This document shows positions 47,649 to 50,618 of a DNA stretch of 50,618 nucleotides, in pieces; positions within the stretch are counted from its first letter, which is position 1; every line of letters starts with the position of its first letter. The notes under the pieces were generated by a model, which had not been told where the DNA came from, ran no database searches, and worked only from the letters and a program-made list of their open reading frames with translations. A program made the position numbers and the translations under genes. Source of the stretch: Candidatus Binatia bacterium (GTDB lineage: Bacteria; Desulfobacterota; Binatia; UBA9968); NCBI GenBank assembly GCA_041490745.1, contig JBGPTS010000003.1, positions 1 to 50,618 of the forward strand. The letters are read 5' to 3'.

Positions 47649-48098
47649 ATGGCTACGTCGCAGCCGGTCCCGCGGCTATTTACCGTCGATGAGGCCAACG
47701 CCCTGCTGCCGGAGCTGCGGCCGCTGGTCGAGCGCATCCTGAATCATCTCGAAACTTTGAGGGAGAAAAGCGAGACGGTGATCCGCGACGAGCGGCTGTC
47801 GCCCTCCAGCCCGGAGCTGATGAAATCCTTGCAGCAGAACGTGGCGATTGCGAGCTTGATCCAGGAGGTGAAATGCCTGGTCGATGAGATCAACGGCTAC
47901 GGCTGCATCTGCAAGGGCATCGAGGAGGGGTTGGTGGACTTCCCCTGCCTGCTCGGCGGCGAGATCGTTCTTCTCTGCTGGCGCTTCGGCGAAGTGAGCG
48001 TCGGCCATTGGCATCGCGTCGAAGACGGCTTCGCCGGCCGCAAGGCGCTGCTGGATAGCGAAGAAGAGGGGGGAGACGGAAACATTTCCTATCACTGA
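47649..48098 (+). CDS. DUF2203 family protein
   Basis: FTVDEANALLP...KGIEEGLVDFP...LLCWRFGE...WHRVEDGFAGRK. Confidence 0.88.
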   Translation: MATSQPVPRLFTVDEANALLPELRPLVERILNHLETLREKSETVIRDERLSPSSPELMKSLQQNVAIASLIQEVKCLVDEINGYGCICKGIEEGLVDFPCLLGGEIVLLCWRFGEVSVGHWHRVEDGFAGRKALLDSEEEGGDGNISYH

Positions 48099-48163
48099 GA
48101 GTTCTCGCTTCCGTTCCTTACGCCAGCCTCACTCTCGCCAGGCTCGCATCGACCGATGATTCC

Positions 48164-49330
48164 ATGAAAGCTGCTCGGGTCAAAGAATCAGCCGCCTTCT
48201 CCCAGAAGATCAAGGAAGAAGCGCAGCGGCTGGGCTTTGCGCTGGTAGGCATCTCTCCCGTCGCCGCTCCTCCGCGCGAAAAATCGTTTGCCGAGTGGCT
48301 GAGGAAGGGGCTCGGCGGCGAAATGGGCTACCTCAAGCGCACCGAGGAGCTGCGTCGCGATCCGAAAAAGCTCGTTCCCTGGGCGGTTTCGGTCATTTCC
48401 GTCGGCATGAATTACTTTACGCCGCCGCCACGGCCCGAGGTGTCGGAAGACTCTCGTGGTTGGATCTCGCGCTATGCGTGGGGCGACGATTATCACGATC
48501 TCGTCAAACGGCGGCTGGACTTGCTGCTGGGAAAAATTAAAACGATGCATCCCGATCCGATCGAGGGCCGGGCGTTCGTCGATTCCGGCCCGGTGCTGGA
48601 GAGGGGAATCTCCGCCTTAGGCGGAATCGGCTGGATCGGGAAAAACACGCATCTCATCTCGCCCAAAAAAGGCTCGTGGTTTTTTTTGGGCGAACTGTTT
48701 GTCAGCATCGAGATGGCTTACGACCGCGCGATCAAAGACCGCTGCGGCAAATGCGATCTCTGCCTCAAGGCGTGCCCGACCGGCGCTTTCGCCGGCCCAT
48801 ACGTTCTCGACGCCCGGCGCTGCATCTCTTATCTCACGATCGAGCTTAAAGGCGCGATGCCCCGCCATTTGCGCCCGCTCGTCGGCAATCACGTCTTCGG
48901 CTGCGATATTTGCCAGGAGGTTTGTCCGTACAACGTCAAAGCGGCGCCGACAGGCGAGGAGGCGTTTCAACCCAGAGACGGCCTGCACGCGCCGGATTTG
49001 ATTCCGCTTCTTTCTCTCAGCGAAGAAGAATTTCGCCGCCGCTTCAAAGGCAGCCCGCTGCTGCGGGCGAAGCGTCGGGGATTTTTGCGCAACGTCGCCG
49101 TCGCCTTGGGAAATCTCAAAAGCCGCGAAGCCGTTCCGGCGTTGATCCGGGCGCTGCAAGATACAGAGCCGCTCGTGCGCGGCCACGCCGCGTGGGCGTT
49201 GGGAGAGATCGGCACGCCGGAGACGTTCCGCGCGCTGGCAAAGCGCTTGACCGTTGAAACAGACGCCGAGGTGAAAAAAGAGATCGAAGCCGCGAGCGGG
49301 GAAAGCGGCAATCGCCGGGCAATCGCCTAA
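48164..49330 (+). CDS. queG: Epoxyqueuosine reductase
   Basis: ISRYAWGDDYH, VDSGPVLER, CGKCDLCLKACP, RRCISYLTIE, GCDICQEVCP, HEAT tail. Confidence 0.95.
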   Translation: MKAARVKESAAFSQKIKEEAQRLGFALVGISPVAAPPREKSFAEWLRKGLGGEMGYLKRTEELRRDPKKLVPWAVSVISVGMNYFTPPPRPEVSEDSRGWISRYAWGDDYHDLVKRRLDLLLGKIKTMHPDPIEGRAFVDSGPVLERGISALGGIGWIGKNTHLISPKKGSWFFLGELFVSIEMAYDRAIKDRCGKCDLCLKACPTGAFAGPYVLDARRCISYLTIELKGAMPRHLRPLVGNHVFGCDICQEVCPYNVKAAPTGEEAFQPRDGLHAPDLIPLLSLSEEEFRRRFKGSPLLRAKRRGFLRNVAVALGNLKSREAVPALIRALQDTEPLVRGHAAWALGEIGTPETFRALAKRLTVETDAEVKKEIEAASGESGNRRAIA

Positions 49331-49337
49331 CAGCGCG

Positions 49338-49757
49338 TCAATCTTTTTTCTTCGCGCACGCCTGTTTCAAGACAGTTTCCAATTCCGCGGTCATCTTGGC
49401 GACTTTCCCGCTCCGATCGACGCAGGCGTGCCGTGTCGCGCCCTCGGCCAGAAGCCGGGCGTCGTTTTTTCGCGTGATTCGGTAGCTGAATTCCAGCGTG
49501 GCGCGGCCCAGCGCCGCGAGCGTCGTCTCCACGACGATTTCGTCGTCGAAGCGCGCCGGCTTGTGATAGCGGCACGAAACCTCGGTCACCGGGAAAAAAA
49601 CCCCGCTCGCTTCGACGGCGGAATAGGGCAGACCGATGTGGCGCAGCAGCTCGGTCCGTCCCATTTCGAACCACCGGAGATAGTTGGCGTAGTAAACGAC
49701 GCCCATCTGGTCGGTGTCGCCGTAGATCACGCGGTAGGATGTCGAGTGGATCGCCAT
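49338..49757 (-). CDS. YbgC/FadM-family acyl-CoA thioesterase
   Basis: RVIYGDTDQMGVVYYANYLRWFEMGRTE. Confidence 0.92.
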   Translation of the reverse strand: MAIHSTSYRVIYGDTDQMGVVYYANYLRWFEMGRTELLRHIGLPYSAVEASGVFFPVTEVSCRYHKPARFDDEIVVETTLAALGRATLEFSYRITRKNDARLLAEGATRHACVDRSGKVAKMTAELETVLKQACAKKKD

Positions 49758-49879
49758 GGCCGGAAACTATTTCTATCCTGTTTGCCTGAGCCGAGCAATG
49801 GAATTTTCTCGTGGATCGACTTGACAGGGACTCGTTGCCGGTATTACTAAGGTGACAAACAAGCGATGGGGAGGTGACT

Positions 49880-50305
49880 ATGAAGAAGTCCTGGTTGATT
49901 CCGTTCGGATCGGCCGGTTTGGCCGGTATTCTGATCATCGCTCACCCGGCTCTCGTCGCGGCCGCCACGGTGCTTGGCGCAGACGACAGCGCTCGAGTGG
50001 CGACGATTCGAAATCTCTCGATCAAGGAAGGAACGGTCTCCGGCGAGCTGGTCAATACTTCGCCGCGGACGCTGCGCGACGTGCAATTGCTCATTCGCCA
50101 CACTTGGCTCTGGAAGAACGAAATGAGCCCGGGCGAAGACAACGTCAGCGAGGCGATCTACTACACGGTCGAGGGAGATATACCAGCCGGTGGAACGAAG
50201 CCGTTCACTTACCGGCCGTCTCAGGGGCCGCCGTCGCGACCCGACGGTGGTTATGAGACAAGCGTGTCGGTGGCGGGATACTCGGAGCTCGTTCCGGTCA
50301 AGTGA
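49880..50305 (+). CDS. Exported hypothetical protein (beta-sandwich, FxLYD-like)
   Basis: Signal-like N-terminus; VSGELVNTS..TLRDVQL, IPAGGTKPF; RBS GGAGG. Confidence 0.7.
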   Translation: MKKSWLIPFGSAGLAGILIIAHPALVAAATVLGADDSARVATIRNLSIKEGTVSGELVNTSPRTLRDVQLLIRHTWLWKNEMSPGEDNVSEAIYYTVEGDIPAGGTKPFTYRPSQGPPSRPDGGYETSVSVAGYSELVPVK

Positions 50306-50448
50306 GCCAGGCGCGAAAGCGCTAATTTAGTTTGGTCGCCGGTGGGCGTGGGCGCTTTAACCACCGTCGTTAGGATCGCCGTTTTTTCCTTGACAAATTG
50401 CCTGTTTCCTGACATAAGTGACGAAAATTTTCGGCCGGAGGAGTGGGC

Positions 50449-50618
50449 ATGAAAAAAGCTACCTGGGCAATAGGCGTAACCGTGGTTTTTTTCCTCAGCG
50501 GCTGTGCGACGCACAAGCAGAACATGGCGCTGGCGGGTGGACTGATCTGTGGCGCCGCTGGAGGCGGGATTGGCTACGCCGCCGGTCGCTCGAACCACGG
50601 AACGATCAATAGAGGTAC
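50449..50618 (+). CDS. Partial lipoprotein with glycine-zipper-like segment (possibly OmpA-family), truncated by the window end
   Basis: RBS GGAGGAG; MKKATWAIGVTVVFFLSGC lipobox; GGLICGAAGGGIG. Confidence 0.7.
   Translation, partial: MKKATWAIGVTVVFFLSGCATHKQNMALAGGLICGAAGGGIGYAAGRSNHGTINRG

Overview
GC-rich bacterial chromosomal window. Gene content and order (ilvC-psd-pssA-leuA-leuB-asd, yebC-ruvCAB, many orphan substrate-binding proteins) suggest a Deltaproteobacteria-like lineage such as Candidatus Binatia; this assignment is inference. There are about 55 mostly housekeeping or envelope genes and no rRNA, tRNA, CRISPR array, integrase or transposase that I can see. The main finding is an NtrY-like sensor kinase (44096-46321) followed by a single ORF in which an NtrX-type receiver domain is fused to an apparently intact LpxC (46351-47646). 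This suggests direct phosphorelay control of the committed step of lipid A synthesis. Three AT-richer islets (about 0.4-1.8 kb, 16.1-17.7 kb, 33.3-34.5 kb) carry toxin-antitoxin and nuclease-like genes. Two are bounded by diverged duplicates of the end of a neighbouring core gene, one differing only at synonymous sites, and the third holds in-frame chimeras of TA gene halves. There is also a tandem array of three ABC_sub_bind proteins behind a sigma54-type promoter, several families of small intergenic repeats (a ~130-bp MITE-like family, a 25-bp module nested in other repeats, REP-like hairpins, heptamer arrays), and a possible attenuator before leuA. All family assignments come from motif recognition, not database searches.
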